Positions 11,655-23,770 of a DNA stretch of 64,000 bases are shown here, in pieces. The stretch is taken from contig MU053934.1 in NCBI GenBank assembly GCA_013239625.1, positions 8,763,352-8,827,351 of the forward strand. Direction: 5' to 3'. Origin of the DNA: Lama guanicoe (Eukaryota). The notes under the pieces are model-generated. The model made no database searches and was not told the DNA's origin. It was given only the letters and a program-made list of their open reading frames with translations. Position 1 is the first letter of the stretch. Every line of letters starts with the position of its first letter. A program made the translations under genes and the position numbers.

Positions 11655-12210
11655 GGCTGTTTTGGTATCCCTCGCTGCATCACGACCACCCGAAACTTAC
11701 TGGCTTAAAACGAGAACTGTTTCATCGTTTCTCCTGATCTGGGATTGACTGGAGCTCAGCTGAGCAGTCCTGCTGGCAGCAGGGGCTGAGGCAGCCACGG
11801 TGACCTTTTCCCCGCCTGTGAGTGCCATGGCTGGGACAACTGCAGTGCTGGGTGGGCTTGGCTGGGGCTCCCTCCCGTCCTCTCTGTCTGTCTGTCTCTC
11901 TAGCTCTCTCTCCCCATTTATCCTCGGGGCGGCTTCTCCCTCTCAGTGTGGCCTCTTCATGTGGTCTCTCCAGTGGGGTAACTGGACTTTTTACATGGCG
12001 GCTCAGGGCTCCCAAAAGTGCAAAAATCAGTTCTGAGGCTTAGCATTGGTGCAGCATCCCTTGGGCCCCCCTGTATTGGTTAAAGTGACTCACGGGGCCA
12101 GGGTGGGAGGGACCCACACAGGGGCGTGAATTCCAGGAGCAGGTCCATCCGAGCCACTGCTGAGACAAGCCCCCACGCCAGCCTCAAGGCCAGTGCCCCA
12201 GTCCCAACCA
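11655..12210 (-). mobile_element. MaLR LTR (older MLT1 subfamily)
   Basis: gctgcatcacgaccacccgaaacttactggcttaaaac...gggctcagctgagcag...ttttacatggcggctcagggctcc. Confidence 0.7.
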
Positions 12211-13714
12211 CACCAGCCCTCTCTTACTGCTACTTCTGTCACCACCTCTCTCCAAAGCAAACATACACCTACGGCTAAGTGCATTTCACCCCCAAAAATA
12301 AATAGCCATGAGCCCCACGGTCAGCACAATAAATGCCAAGCCAAGAATCCCGACCCTGAATTACTGCAGTTCTACTGCTGGGCACCTTGCTCCAGCATCA
12401 ACATTCTTGGAGCCCTCGTGTCCCCTCCAGCAGGCGAGTGAAGAGAGGACCACAGTTTGCCCACCTCATCACCTCACAGTGTCGCTGTAAGAATTTCAAT
12501 AAAATAGCGCGGATGAGTAATTGCTGGAAAAGCTCCGAGGACTGTACAGGTAGGTATTGTTTTAAAAGAAAGTGTGAATATTTTAGCTCTGCATCTTCCT
12601 TTTTTTAAAGCCCATTTCTTTGGAGGGTCTGGCCTTCCAGGAGGATGGTGATTTATACACTGTCATGTTACTGTAAATACGAGCGGCTACAAGCTCGCAT
12701 CAGATGATTTAATGAGGTTCTTCTGTGCTGATGGCTGTTTATTTTTCTTGGCTCTCTTTGCTGCCATCAAATCATCCTGCGTAAATATTGAATAAGTATT
12801 CCACCTCACTCTTGGGTTGGTCTTCACGACTTAATGGGAACCATGGACAGACTCTGTCTCTAAACGGAGATTTTTTTTTTAGATCAACCACCACCACCAG
12901 TGGTTCTGAGATAATGACTTGACAAACATCCTATTTACAAGGCCATCAGAACTGTACTTTAGGCTACACTCTGAGGCAAAAAACAAAAACGAAAAACTCT
13001 TACTTGCTCAGAACACAGTCATTACAGAGCTTAGCAGGGAAAAAACTTTCGGGTTACAAGAAACAGACTTTTAATGAATATTAATGAGAGTCGTCTGAGA
13101 TACTTGTGTGAAAATAAACACAGTAGAACAACGAACCCCTCTCACAGTTAAGTTGTCACTCCATGACCACAGACTTCCTGTCCTCTGGCTGGTTGATATG
13201 ACTTAGTTTTGGCATAACAAACCCAAGGGTCTGTTTCTGAAAATATCTGTCTCCTGGCTCCAAGGGCCCTAAAAACACTGACTAATTTGGAAGACAGGTG
13301 TGGAGAGAGAGGCGGCCGGTGGCCTGACACATTGCGGCTTTCTGAGACTCCTCGAGGCGCTCGGCAATTCTGTGAGAACATTTCCTGGTAGAACAGGGCT
13401 GCCCTCAAACGAAATGACAATCCGGTGTAGGTGGGTGTCGGGTGCACACAGGCCCCCGTCGCTTCCTAGCTGGCCTTCCCTCATCACTTCTGGGATGCTC
13501 GTCCAGGCTCTTCACCGTCTGGCTTGTTGCTGGTACTCGGGGCAAAAGAAAAATGTTCCCCCAGGAATCAAGAGGAACGAGGCTGCTCTCCGAGATTTAC
13601 TCTAGAATTCTTGGACAACGATAACACTAGTGATCTGCAGAAGTAATCAGGGCGTTTCTATAAACGTGAGACCCAAGAGTTTGGAAAACCCCCCAAGCTC
13701 CAGTGAACTCTGGG

Positions 13715-13900
13715 CAGAGGTGTGCTGGTAACGGTTTAACAGTGGGCTCTCTGGGAAGAGGTCCTGGTCTGTAGTGTCTGCAGCTTCTGCAGTGGAAATA
13801 CTCCACCGTGGCGGATCCGAGCTGCTGACTGGACATAACTGGATGCAGGGTTGGGGAGAGATGTGCACAGTCAGTAATTCCAAGCGCAGCCTGCAGTCTG
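13715..13900. mobile_element. hAT DNA transposon fragment (MER63-like)
   Basis: ggtgtgctggtaacggtttaacagtgggctctctggg resembles the recalled MER63 terminus. Confidence 0.55.
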
Positions 13901-16260
13901 AGAGACACAGGACTGGAATGCTAGTGGAAGCTATGAAGCAGAAACCAAATTCATCATATTTTATCCCATGTGAAGGAATTCAGCACAAACTAAAGGCAAG
14001 TGATCATAGAACGGAGAAAAGGGAGGACCAAAGAGTCAAAGCAACAGTGCCTGTCTGGGCCCCTCCAGGGCTCCAGCCGCCCCTCACACGGTGGCCAGCC
14101 CTCATGACAGGCCGGCTGCCTGGGACTGGCAACACGCAGCTCTATCCCCGTGGGAATCTGATTCCATGCTCATCAAGAACTCTCTGATTAAGACTTCATT
14201 TCCTGTGAAGAGCAGGTGTATCTATGCAGGGAGGGGAGGCATGGTCTGCTGACCAAGTTCTTGACTGAACAGTTTTATTTCTCTTTCATTGTGATAAACT
14301 GGAATTGTAAAGTGTGTATTCATTCAATCTTTCATCTTGTCCTCACGGCTTCGGTCGCAGTGGACTCCAGTGTGTCCCCAGCACCTTGCGACTGCCAGAT
14401 GCTCTGGGCTCCCTGCCGGGGATCATCCGTGCCTGGAGGGAGGAGCAGTGGCCACATCCTGGTGGCCTTGTTGGCTCGCTGGTGCCTTCAGACAGGTGCT
14501 TTTGGTCTCTTACTTGGCCCTTACGATTGCCCGCGGCAGGAGGGTTGTCTGTTGTAAGCACTCTTCAGAACCAGAAGTGGAACCCCCCGAAGACACCCTT
14601 TTCCACATCTGATGACGTTTCCCTATATTTCAAGACCCTGTTCAAGTGGTGCCCCCTCTTCTTCCTCCCTGGGCAGGGGCTTCCCCGGGAGCTGCCAGCA
14701 ACATCTCCTTCTGTCCGCTGTCCGGGGAAGTGAAGGGAAGCTGCGTGGTGGGCCGACTTCTCCCGCTTCGGGGTGTTGCTCTCAGACTCTGAGGGAGCAG
14801 GTGGAGGGGATGGGGATGGGGAACCTAGCAACAAGACCCACCTTCAAAGTCGAGGTCTAAAACAGGGGTGGCCTCTGCTCCCCTGACATTCAGCTGCTCG
14901 AAATTAGACTGCACTCCACATCGACATGCCGCCTGCCGTAGGGCACGGAGCCTCCTGACAGGCGCGGGCATGTTAATTAAGGCAGCTCGCGCTGCACCGT
15001 GAAAAGGCAGCTCCAGGGCACTCTCAGCACCAGACACCCGGAGGGGGCGGGAGAAATGACAACCAGGGACCGAGGACGGCAACGCACAGCCTGACCAGGC
15101 TGACTCCTAGCGCCACTAGTCGGACGTGTTGTGAAAGCGGCCATGCCTGCAGGGAGGCCTAAATGGTCCTAGATTTTCAGATATAACATAAGATCATAAT
15201 TCTGCTCAGCATTTTTTTTAACTCAATGCATAAGATTCATTTTTTTAAAAAATCTCAATACAACTGGCAACTGGGCATCTTTTTCTTGAACTCCTTGGTT
15301 GTGAAAAGGAAATGAGCCACTTTAAAGGAGTGCGAGGATGGAAAGTCAGCATTCACTGCTGTGATTAATTACTCCCGTCCAGCCTGGTGTCATTCTTCAC
15401 TACGTTACACCTTCTCATCTTTGTAGGTCTGCGAGGATGATCTGCAAAGCCTTGGAAGCATTTACCTCGTCTCCACTCCCAAGTCTGAGTAACTCGGGGG
15501 CCTGCTGTTCATGGGAGCCCTCGAGTCCCCCGTCGTCGTCAGCATGTTCTGCGCGTGGCACAAGGAAGGAAGCGTGCGAGGAAACACTCCCTTGCTCTCT
15601 TGAAACAAGTGTCTCTGCTTTGGGTGAGAGGCACGAACTAAACACTGGTTGTGCTTTCCAGAAGGGTGACGCCGATAAATGCCCAAAGCTGCCGGCTTGC
15701 CTTCCACTCACGGAGCAACCCCTTGTTGCTTAAAGAAACAGGGGAAGGTAACCATTCCTGGAAATAACAGGAGTGATGGGCAGCTGTTCTCTCGGGATAA
15801 CGAAGCGTATCAGCCACTCCGTCCTCCTCCTGTTGCTTCAGCAAAAGCGTCTTCCTGCCTGGCCAGCGAGTCTGACGCCCTTATCAGCCCGCGCTGGCTG
15901 CAAGGCAGCAGGCAGGGGCCACTCCTCAGAGGCCCAGAAACATGGCTGGGGGATGGGTGCTGGGTGCCTGCTACGTATACAAATTATGAGAGGCATTGTT
16001 TTGACCCTTAAGGCAACGCCAGAGGCTTCCTCAAGTTACCCTGTGCTAGTTAAATCCACATACTGCCATGCAATTCCAAGTGTACCCCACTTTAAGCAAA
16101 ATTTCTTATGATATGTGAAACTTGTGTTCAACCAAAGCAGGCCCTTTAATATACAGAGTCAATAAGAGACGCCTTTATTTTTTTAAAGGAAAGGTTTATT
16201 CTTTGATCAGAGAATGGAGAAGTGTGGGATGGCATTCACACACTCTCCTGACAGGCTGTC

Positions 16261-16352
16261 TTTCTTTCTTTTTAAACGGAGGTACTGGGGATTGAACCCA
16301 GGACCTCCAGCATGCTAAGCAGATGCTCTACCACTGGGCTATTACCCTCCCT
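16261..16352 (-). mobile_element. tRNA-derived SINE (Vic-1-like), short-tail form
   Basis: ggaggtactggggattgaacccaggacctccagcatgctaagcagatgctctaccactgggcta. Flanks are ggctgtcttt/ggcatgtcttt. Confidence 0.88.
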
Positions 16353-17299
16353 CTGGCATGTCTTTAAATAGCCAGCTCGGCTCCACAAACCATCTAGCGC
16401 GCAATCAGGTAGTAAACATCCAATTCCTCATATAGATCGGTGGAAACAAATGTGAGCCCAGGCTTAAGAGCACTTACTTACTACACAAAGCATCACTAAG
16501 GAAGTGCCCACTCTTGGAGTGTTTGTCTGCTAAGCTGGCAAAGGGGAGGACAGAACATCATTTCTTTTTGCCCCCTCTGCTTCCTTGATGTGAAATTATG
16601 TGAAAGGGAATAGCGGTTTGTTAGAGTGAGGGGCGTGGCTATAAAAGAAGGCTCAGCTATGAGAAGAGAGAAGTGTGCCCCCTTGCAGCAAGGGGGATGG
16701 AGGAGCCCGACAAGAGGCTTCTGGTCCAGCAAAGAAGAAGTAAGTTGTCCTGACACTCTCCCACTAAAAATCCTAAAGTTCTAGGTTAAATGTAAAAAGT
16801 GTCCTCCTAAATGCAGGCCTGGGCCTGTGAGAAAGAGAAGGAAATTCTCAGATGCCAAAAAACAAATCGGGAGCAGGGACGATGGGAGGAGAGCCAGCCC
16901 TGAGGCCTGAGGCCAGCAGTCACTTCAGTTTTAGAAGACAAGTCTCAGGTGCGCACAAGGTGGGCATTTCCACCAGAAACCCTGGAAAGGGTGCACGAGA
17001 AAAGCATCTGCCCTGATTAGGGGTCGGTGAGGAAACGAGCCTGTCTCAGCTCCAATTCTGGGTGGAGAAGGAGGGGCGGCCCTAGGAATTCTTGGCTGCA
17101 AGCCAGTCCTCACACAGGTCTGTGCCTTCAATTAAAGCCTCAAACTAAGAGTCTGACCCACAGCGGTCCCAGGCTGGGGGTGCACCCAGGGGCCCGCCAG
17201 GAGACTGAAACCTCCACTCTCAAGCAGGCCCTCAAAGAATTCTCAATGACAAGGTTTCAAGGATCTCGAAATAAGCCTCCGTGAGTGAGAGTGAGCAGG

Positions 17300-19255
17300 T
17301 ACAGCACAAAGCAGGCCAGCAAAGGCCCCAGGTTTTGAAAATAATCAGATACAGAACAGGAAATAAATATATCTAACGTATTTAAACTAAAGGGAAGACT
17401 GAAATTATGAGTAGAAAACAAGAAACTATACAGAAAAAGACCAAGCAGATTTGAAAAAGAATCAATTAAAACTTCTAGAAATAAAAAGCATACAACTTTA
17501 AATTAAAAATTCTATCAATATGTTAAACAGCTGGTTAGACATATGTAGAGAAATAATTAGTGAACTGGGTGATAGACCTAAAGAAATTATTCAGACTACA
17601 ATATAGACAGAAATAAAGATGGAAAATACAAGAAGATGAAAAACAAGGAAGGGGTTCCAGAAGATGACAGAGGAATAGGGAAGAGATAATAGTTGAGAAT
17701 CTTCCTAATTTAATTAAAGAAACATTCTCAGATCAAGATTCTCAGTGAATTCTAATCTGGATTTTTTTTAATCCAGGTTTTGAAATATCACTGTGAAATA
17801 GAATATAAATGACAAAAAAATGTCTTAAAAGCATCAAGTATAAAAACAGAGATCACTTATAAAGGAACAATAGTTAGATTCACAGCTGACTTCTGAACGG
17901 CAATGATAAAAGACAGAAGACAGTGGAATGCTATCTTCTGAGAAAATAAGTAACAGGATTGAATATACTAAGAAACTCTCTCTCAAGAAAAAGAACAAAA
18001 TTAAGTCAAACAAAATTGAGAAAGTTTACCAGAAATATATCCTGTCAAAAGGAACAAATTAAAGATAACTTCAAGAAGAAGGACAGTAATCCCAGAAGGA
18101 AAGTCTGAGATGTAAGGTGTAAAGGTGAGCAAAGAATACGGAACACATTAGGGAAATCTTAACAAATTACTGTATAAAACAATAACAGAAATGTGTTAGA
18201 GTTTTAGAGACCCCAATAAAAAGCATTTCTTTTCCATACATGAATTGTGAATGGATTATTACATGAGAAAATATAAGAGGGCAGAGAAAAGGACAAAATA
18301 CTGCCCTTGTCACTGACAAAACTAATGTTGGGAAATGTAGCTTATATCTGCAGGCAATTACATTTGAACCCTAGAATTAGGCCGATTTACCCAGCCGGTT
18401 ACATGCAGTTCTAGATCTCCACAGCTGCACCCTCACCATCTCTTCTGCCAAGTACATGAGAACCTGCCCTTGTGAAACTTACAGAATTGAGGAAACGATC
18501 ATATTTGTTCTTCCTGAAAGCAACTCACTTCCAAGAAAAGACAAGGCTACACATGCCAGATTCACCCATTAGTTCGAGTCAGGCAGAGAAAGACTATTAG
18601 GGTCATGCTGGTGAATCTCCCTACACATAGAGGGAAACAGATTAATGAATAAATAATACCACCCTACAATAGAGACTAACGTCAGAGAGAGAGAGGGATA
18701 AAGCTAAAACCCTCAACAACGCAACACAGAAGCTAGAAACGAGGGGTCTGGAGGGGCCTAAAATGTTATAAGGTCCTTGTATTATTCGGAAAGAAGCTAA
18801 AGATATTAAATTTAGACTCATTAAGTTAAGTATGCCTGCTCAGTATTTCAAGGCAAAGTATTAAAAGAATAAAACAAAGTTTACGACTTTACAACAGCAG
18901 AAGGAAAGTAATGGAATGAAAAAATTAACAAATTAACTCCAAAGGAATTTAAGAAAAGAGAATGTTTTTAATTTAAAAAGGAAGACATATAGAAAATACA
19001 AAATAGCATGCCATAATTAACTGTACACTGTCAACAACAATAAATATAAGTGGACTAAAGATTTCAGTTAAAAGACAAGGACTGTCAGATTGAATATGAA
19101 AAGAAAAAATCAGTAATTTGCTGCTTCCAACAAACTCACCTAAAACATTAGGTTACAGAAAAGTTGAAAGTAAAGTATTAAAAAATATATACTAGGCAAA
19201 TACCAAAAGAAAGCTCTGTATGTTAGTCAGAAAAAATAGATTTTTCATTTTAAAA
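17300..19255 (+). mobile_element. Ancient L1 ORF1 / inter-ORF / ORF2-start remnant; resumes at ~20040-20350
   Basis: Very A-rich, with ORF1-like segments (ttagattcacagctgacttctgaacggcaatgataaaagacagaagacagtgg) and an endonuclease-like start (aaatataagtggactaaag...gtcagattg). Confidence 0.7.
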
Positions 19256-19261
19256 ATTACT

Positions 19262-20040
19262 ATAAAACCCACAATGAGATACCACTTTACACTCACTAGA
19301 ATAGCTACTGTAAAAAAAAAAAACAAAAACAGAAAATAAAAAGTGTCAGAGAGGGTGTGGATACACTGGAACCCTTGTGCTTTGCTTGTGAGAATATAAA
19401 ATGGTGCTGCCGTTGTGGAAAATAGTCTGGTAGTTCCTCAAAAAATTAAACATAGAATTACCATGTGATCCAGTTCTGGGTATATACACACACAAAAATA
19501 CTGAAAGCAGGGACTTGGAACAGATATTTGTAAACCCATGCTCATTACTGACCCAGTATGTCATTACTGACATTAGTTAGAAAAAGTGGAAGCAATCAAA
19601 GTGTCCATCAGCAAATGAACAGGTAAACAAAATGTGGTCTATACATACCATGGAATATTATTCAGCCTTAAAAAGGAAGGAAATCCCTTTTTACATTCTA
19701 CAACATGGATGCTACAACATGGAAGGACCTTGAAGACATCATGTTAAGTAAAATAATCCAGACACAAAAGGACAAATACTGTATGATCCCACTATATGAG
19801 GCCCCTAGGGTAGTCAAATTCCTAGAGACAGAGAGTACAGTGGTGGTTGCCAGGGGCTGGGGGAGGGGGGAAAGGGGAATTATTGTTTAAAGGGGACATA
19901 GTTTCAGTTTTGTAAGATGAAAAAGTTCTGGAGATAAATGGTGGTGATGGTTACAGAATAATGTACTTATGTCCCTGAACTGTACACTCAAAAATGATAA
20001 ATTTTATGTTCTGTATGTTTAAACACCATAAAAAAGAGAG
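19262..20040 (+). mobile_element. L1M (L1MA/MB-like) 3' end inserted in the older L1
   Basis: aaaacccacaatgagataccactttacactcactagaatagcta...aaaattaaacatagaattaccatgtgatccag...atggaaggaccttgaagacatcatgttaagtaaaataatccagacacaaaagg. Confidence 0.9.
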
Positions 20041-21438
20041 AAAATTGCTATAGATAAAGATAATTAATTTGGAAAGCTAAATAACCATGAAGATGAACAA
20101 TTCTAAATTTGTATGCATCTAATAACATAGCTTCTAAACATATAAAGCCAAGACTAAAATAATTACAAGGAGATATTCACAAATCGACCATCACACTTGG
20201 GGAAGATTCTAACATACCTTTTTCCATGATTGAATAAGCAAAGGAAAAATCCAGTAAAGAGGTTATATAGTTGAAAAACAAAGTTAACAAGCCTGAGCTA
20301 AGGGACATATACAGAATATTATACTCTGGAATATGCTTTCACATACACAAGCAGGAAACAGCTTCTGCTGTTTTAAATATGACATTTAAAATAAGGCAAT
20401 AACAATGCATATTAATATAAATAAGTTTCTTTTTCATAATTATAAAACCCATCAACCCGATATATATATTACTCTCCACTCTTTCATATTTAAATATTCA
20501 ATATAGTTAAACATAATGTTCTATTTGTTCAAAACCATACTAAATTTAAAAAAAACCCTATACTAAGGTTTTAATAAAATGTTACAACAGCTCCTTAGAG
20601 AAATGGTTGACTCCTGGGTTTGAGCAGAGAAAATACAAGATAGTCTGGAGCATCTTGTAGTGCCAGAACAAAAAGGTAGTGCTAGAAAAAAAATGGAGCA
20701 TGTTGAACAAAAGAAAGAATGTGGTGTTGAATTATAACAAAAGTATAAAATAAATATACATGAGGACTCACTGATATAACTAAATGATTGAATACATAAT
20801 GGGGAATAAGAGACAAATCTTCCTTTCAGAGGAATTTCAAATAATATATGTAGATAGTCCCCCCACAAAGAGGTGGAGCTTCATTCCCTGTCCCCACCTC
20901 CTTGAGGATGGGCTGAACTTAATGACTCTGTCCCAGAGAATAGAGCATTGGGAGAGGAAAACAGTAGCTTTACAATGGAAATGTCTGGCAGACACCACCT
21001 TAACCAAGTGATCAAAGTTAACATCACAGTATTAAGTCATGTTGAAATCATGTACCCCTGCCGCGATGGGATGAGGAGGGCGTTTCACCTCTGTTTTGTA
21101 TTCGCCCCTCCAAACTCCAGTCTAAACAGGAGGAAAACATCAGAGGGGTCCAAACTGAGGGACATTTTACAAAACACATGACCAGTACTCCTAACTGCCT
21201 AAGTCATGACAAAGAAGAAAAGATTGAGAAACTGTCAAAGACCAGAGGAGAGCAAGGGGACATGGCAAGTCAATGCAGCATGCGGTCCTGCATTGAGTCC
21301 GGGAGCAGAGAAAGGGTATCATTGGGAAAATGGGTGAAATATGAATGAAGTCCAGAATAAACAGTAATGTACCAGTGTTAACCTCTTAGTTGTGACAAAT
21401 GTGCTGTGGTTATACAAGTCGTAAGGCTCAGGAGACTG

Positions 21439-21532
21439 GTGCTTGCTTCGGCAGCACATGTACTAAAATCGGAACAATACAGAGAAGATTAGCATGGCTC
21501 CCGCGCAAGGATGACACACAAATCCGTGAAGC
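21439..21532 (+). pseudogene. RNU6: U6 snRNA processed pseudogene (U6 nt 1-94, then TT and an A-tail to ~21547)
   Basis: gtgcttgcttcggcagcacatgtactaaaatcggaacaatacagagaagattagcatggctcccgcgcaaggatgacacacaaatccgtgaagc aligns to U6. The ACAGAGA box at 21479-21485 is intact. It lacks the 3' GTTCCATATTTT and any evident upstream TATA/PSE, and it lies inside an L1. Confidence 0.95.
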
Positions 21533-21627
21533 TTAAAAAAAAAAAAAGATTGGGGAAACTGGGTGAAGGGCATGAATGAACTCTCTGTATTATCTTTGTA
21601 ACTTTTTATAAACCTAAAATTACTGCA

Positions 21628-21791
21628 GCAGGGGTGAGAGTATAGCTCAGTGGTAGAGCGCATGCTTAGCATGCACAAGGTCCTAGATTCAATCCCCAGT
21701 ACCTCCATTTAAAAAATAAATATTAATTAAATAAACCTAATTACCTACCCTCAAAGTAAATAAATAAATAAATTTAAAAATTAAAAAAATT
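21628..21791 (+). mobile_element. tRNA-derived SINE (Vic-1-like), full length
   Basis: tatagctcagtggtagagcgcatgcttagcatgcacaaggtcctagattcaatccccagtacctcc (tRNA-Ala-like A and B boxes) with an AT-rich tail. TSD aaattactgca (21617-21627) / aaattattgca (21792-21802). Confidence 0.92.
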
Positions 21792-22405
21792 AAATTATTG
21801 CAAAATTTAAAGTTTATTTTCAAAAATGTTACAATCTGCTAATATTGTAATATCAAATAGTAAACTAGTTGATGTCTTAAATAGATGTATTGTATTTAAG
21901 AAAAATTTCCAAAACCCCACGTGGCTAACTCTATGCAGATCAACACAATGGAAGAAGTTGGTGGGGGAAAATGAAGATGACACTGAGTTTCACAAAATAC
22001 TTTTATCTAAAGAAAACAACAGTCAATTCTGAGTAATTTTCCAGGAAAAGCCTTCTCAGTTAGTGATAAAACTGAATCTTTATACACAAGAAAAGAAAAC
22101 TCATAAGAGACTTCACAATATGCCCCAATCTGCTCTTCCTCACCCTCCCTGGCCAGTTCACTGACCAACAGAAATGGACACAGCTTGCCCTCCCAGAACC
22201 ACCCATGCCTTTATTTTTGCTATGTCCTCTGCCTGATGTTATCTTGCCACCATGCTCCACCTAGCAGGCTCTCATGCATCATCTGAGGTCCAGTCTACAT
22301 GGTCCCTCATTGATTTATTCATGACTTAGGAGGCTTTTGCAATAATTCAAGTAAAGATGATGGTGACTTGGGCCAAGATGATAGTAGAGGCGGTGAGGAA
22401 CGACC

Positions 22406-23471
22406 TGTGTTAGTCAGAGCTCTCCAGAAAAATAACCAAGAGGAAGTGTAAAATGGTTCTCTGGCCATCTAGTAGCCACAGTTTGTGAGTCCAGGAATCA
22501 AGGGGTGGAAATGGCATCACGCACTATTGCCCCTAGTGTCCCACTAGCAAAGATTTTTGCTTCCCATACCCATGACCTCTGCTCAGCTGGCCCTGAGGTC
22601 TTAGATCCAAAGGGAAAAGTGCTTCCACCAGTAGATGCAACAATGATTCCACTGAATGGAAGCGAACCCTGCCACCAAGTCTCTGAATCAGCAGGCAAAT
22701 AAGGGAGTTACTGTGCTGGCGGGGGTGGCTGATTCTGGTTATCAAGGGGAAACTGGACTGTTGCTCTGTAATGAAGGTAAGAAAGGGTATGTCTGGAACC
22801 TAGGAGGTCACTTAAGGTATCTCTGAGTATCACCATGCCCTGTGATAAAAGTCAATGGAAAATTACAATAACCCAAGTCAAGCAGGACTACTAATGGCCC
22901 AGACCCCCCAGGCATGACAGTTCGGGTCATCCCACCAGGCAAAGAACCACAACAAGCTAAGTGCTTGCCGAGGGCAAAGGAAATACAGAATGAGTACTGG
23001 AAGAAGGTGCTTGAAAATTCCAGCTACAGCCCCATCACTAGTTACAGAAATGAGGACCGTGATTGTCAGGAGTATTTCTTCCTGTCTCCAGGAAGAGTAT
23101 TTCTTCTCTCTCCAGAGAGGAATTTACTTTAAGGAAGTGGCTCCCACGATTATGGAGCCTGGCAAGTTCAAAATCCGCAGGGTAGGCCTGCAGGCTGGAG
23201 ACCCAGGGGAAGAGTTGATGTTGCAACTCAAGTCCAAAGGCTGCCTGTAGGCAGAATTCCCTCTTCCTTTGGGGAGGTCATTCGTTTCTCTTAAGGTCTG
23301 CAACTGATTGGATGAGGCCCACTCCATATCAGGAAGGGTAATCTGCTTTAGTCAGAATCAGCTGATTTAAATGTTGATCTTGTCTAAAAAATATCTCCAC
23401 AGTAACACCTAGACTGGTGTTTGACCAAATATCTGGGTACCACTAGCCAAGCTGACCCATTAACTATCACA
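22406..23471 (-). mobile_element. MLT2 (ERVL) LTR containing an internal ERVL fragment; inserted in an L2
   Basis: The ends tgtgttagtcagagctctccag and taactatcaca are MLT2 termini in reverse orientation. Both flanks are L2-like. Confidence 0.8.
22490..23080 (+). mobile_element. ERVL internal remnant (dUTPase region), disrupted
   Basis: Translates to SAGPEVLDPKGKVLPPVDATMIPLN, then QANKGVTVLAGVADSGYQGETGLLLCNEGKKGYVWN...PCPVIKVNGKLQ. This resembles HERV-L/MuERV-L dUTPase, with a deletion and in-frame stops. Confidence 0.8.
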
Positions 23472-23770
23472 TGGTCAGATTATGGATGTGTATAATTTAG
23501 ATAGCCAATAGGATGCATCTGCTGATTATGTGTGGGGCCTAAGAGAATGAGAGTTTATCCCAAGCACCTGGAGTTATGAAGAGACCACTAACTGAGATGG
23601 GGAGACCGCAGGCGGCAGCAGACAAGGGAGGCAGAGTCAAAGGTGGAGATCAGGCCTCGGAGGTTCAGGCTTTAAAATCTGACGTCCCAAAAGAGATGCT
23701 GTGTAAGCAACTGGATATATGGGGCTGGAGTTCAAGGGAGAAGTTTGGGCTGGAGATTAAAATCTCATAT
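23472..23770 (-). mobile_element. L2 fragment
   Basis: tggtcagattatggatg...agatgctgtgtaagcaactggatatatggggctggagttcaagggagaagtttgggctggagat. Confidence 0.7.

Larger units (their letters stand above)
20560..21825 (+). mobile_element. L1MC/MD-like 3' UTR hosting the nested U6 retrocopy and SINE
   Basis: gcagacaccaccttaaccaagtgatcaaagttaacatcac...gtgacaaatgtg...ggggaaactgggtgaaggg...aactctctgtattatctttgtaacttt. Confidence 0.8.

Noticed and set aside
15103..15124. CTCF-like motif (reverse complement ccgactagtggcgcta)
   Set aside because: It has three mismatches to the core consensus, including the central AG.
21439..21532. Functional U6 snRNA gene
   Set aside because: It is 3'-truncated and A-tailed, carries several substitutions, has no evident upstream Pol III type-3 promoter, and sits inside an L1.
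21631..21707. Possible tRNA-Ala gene
   Set aside because: It has an AT-rich tail, a TSD, an altered B box and four diverged sister copies, so it is a SINE.
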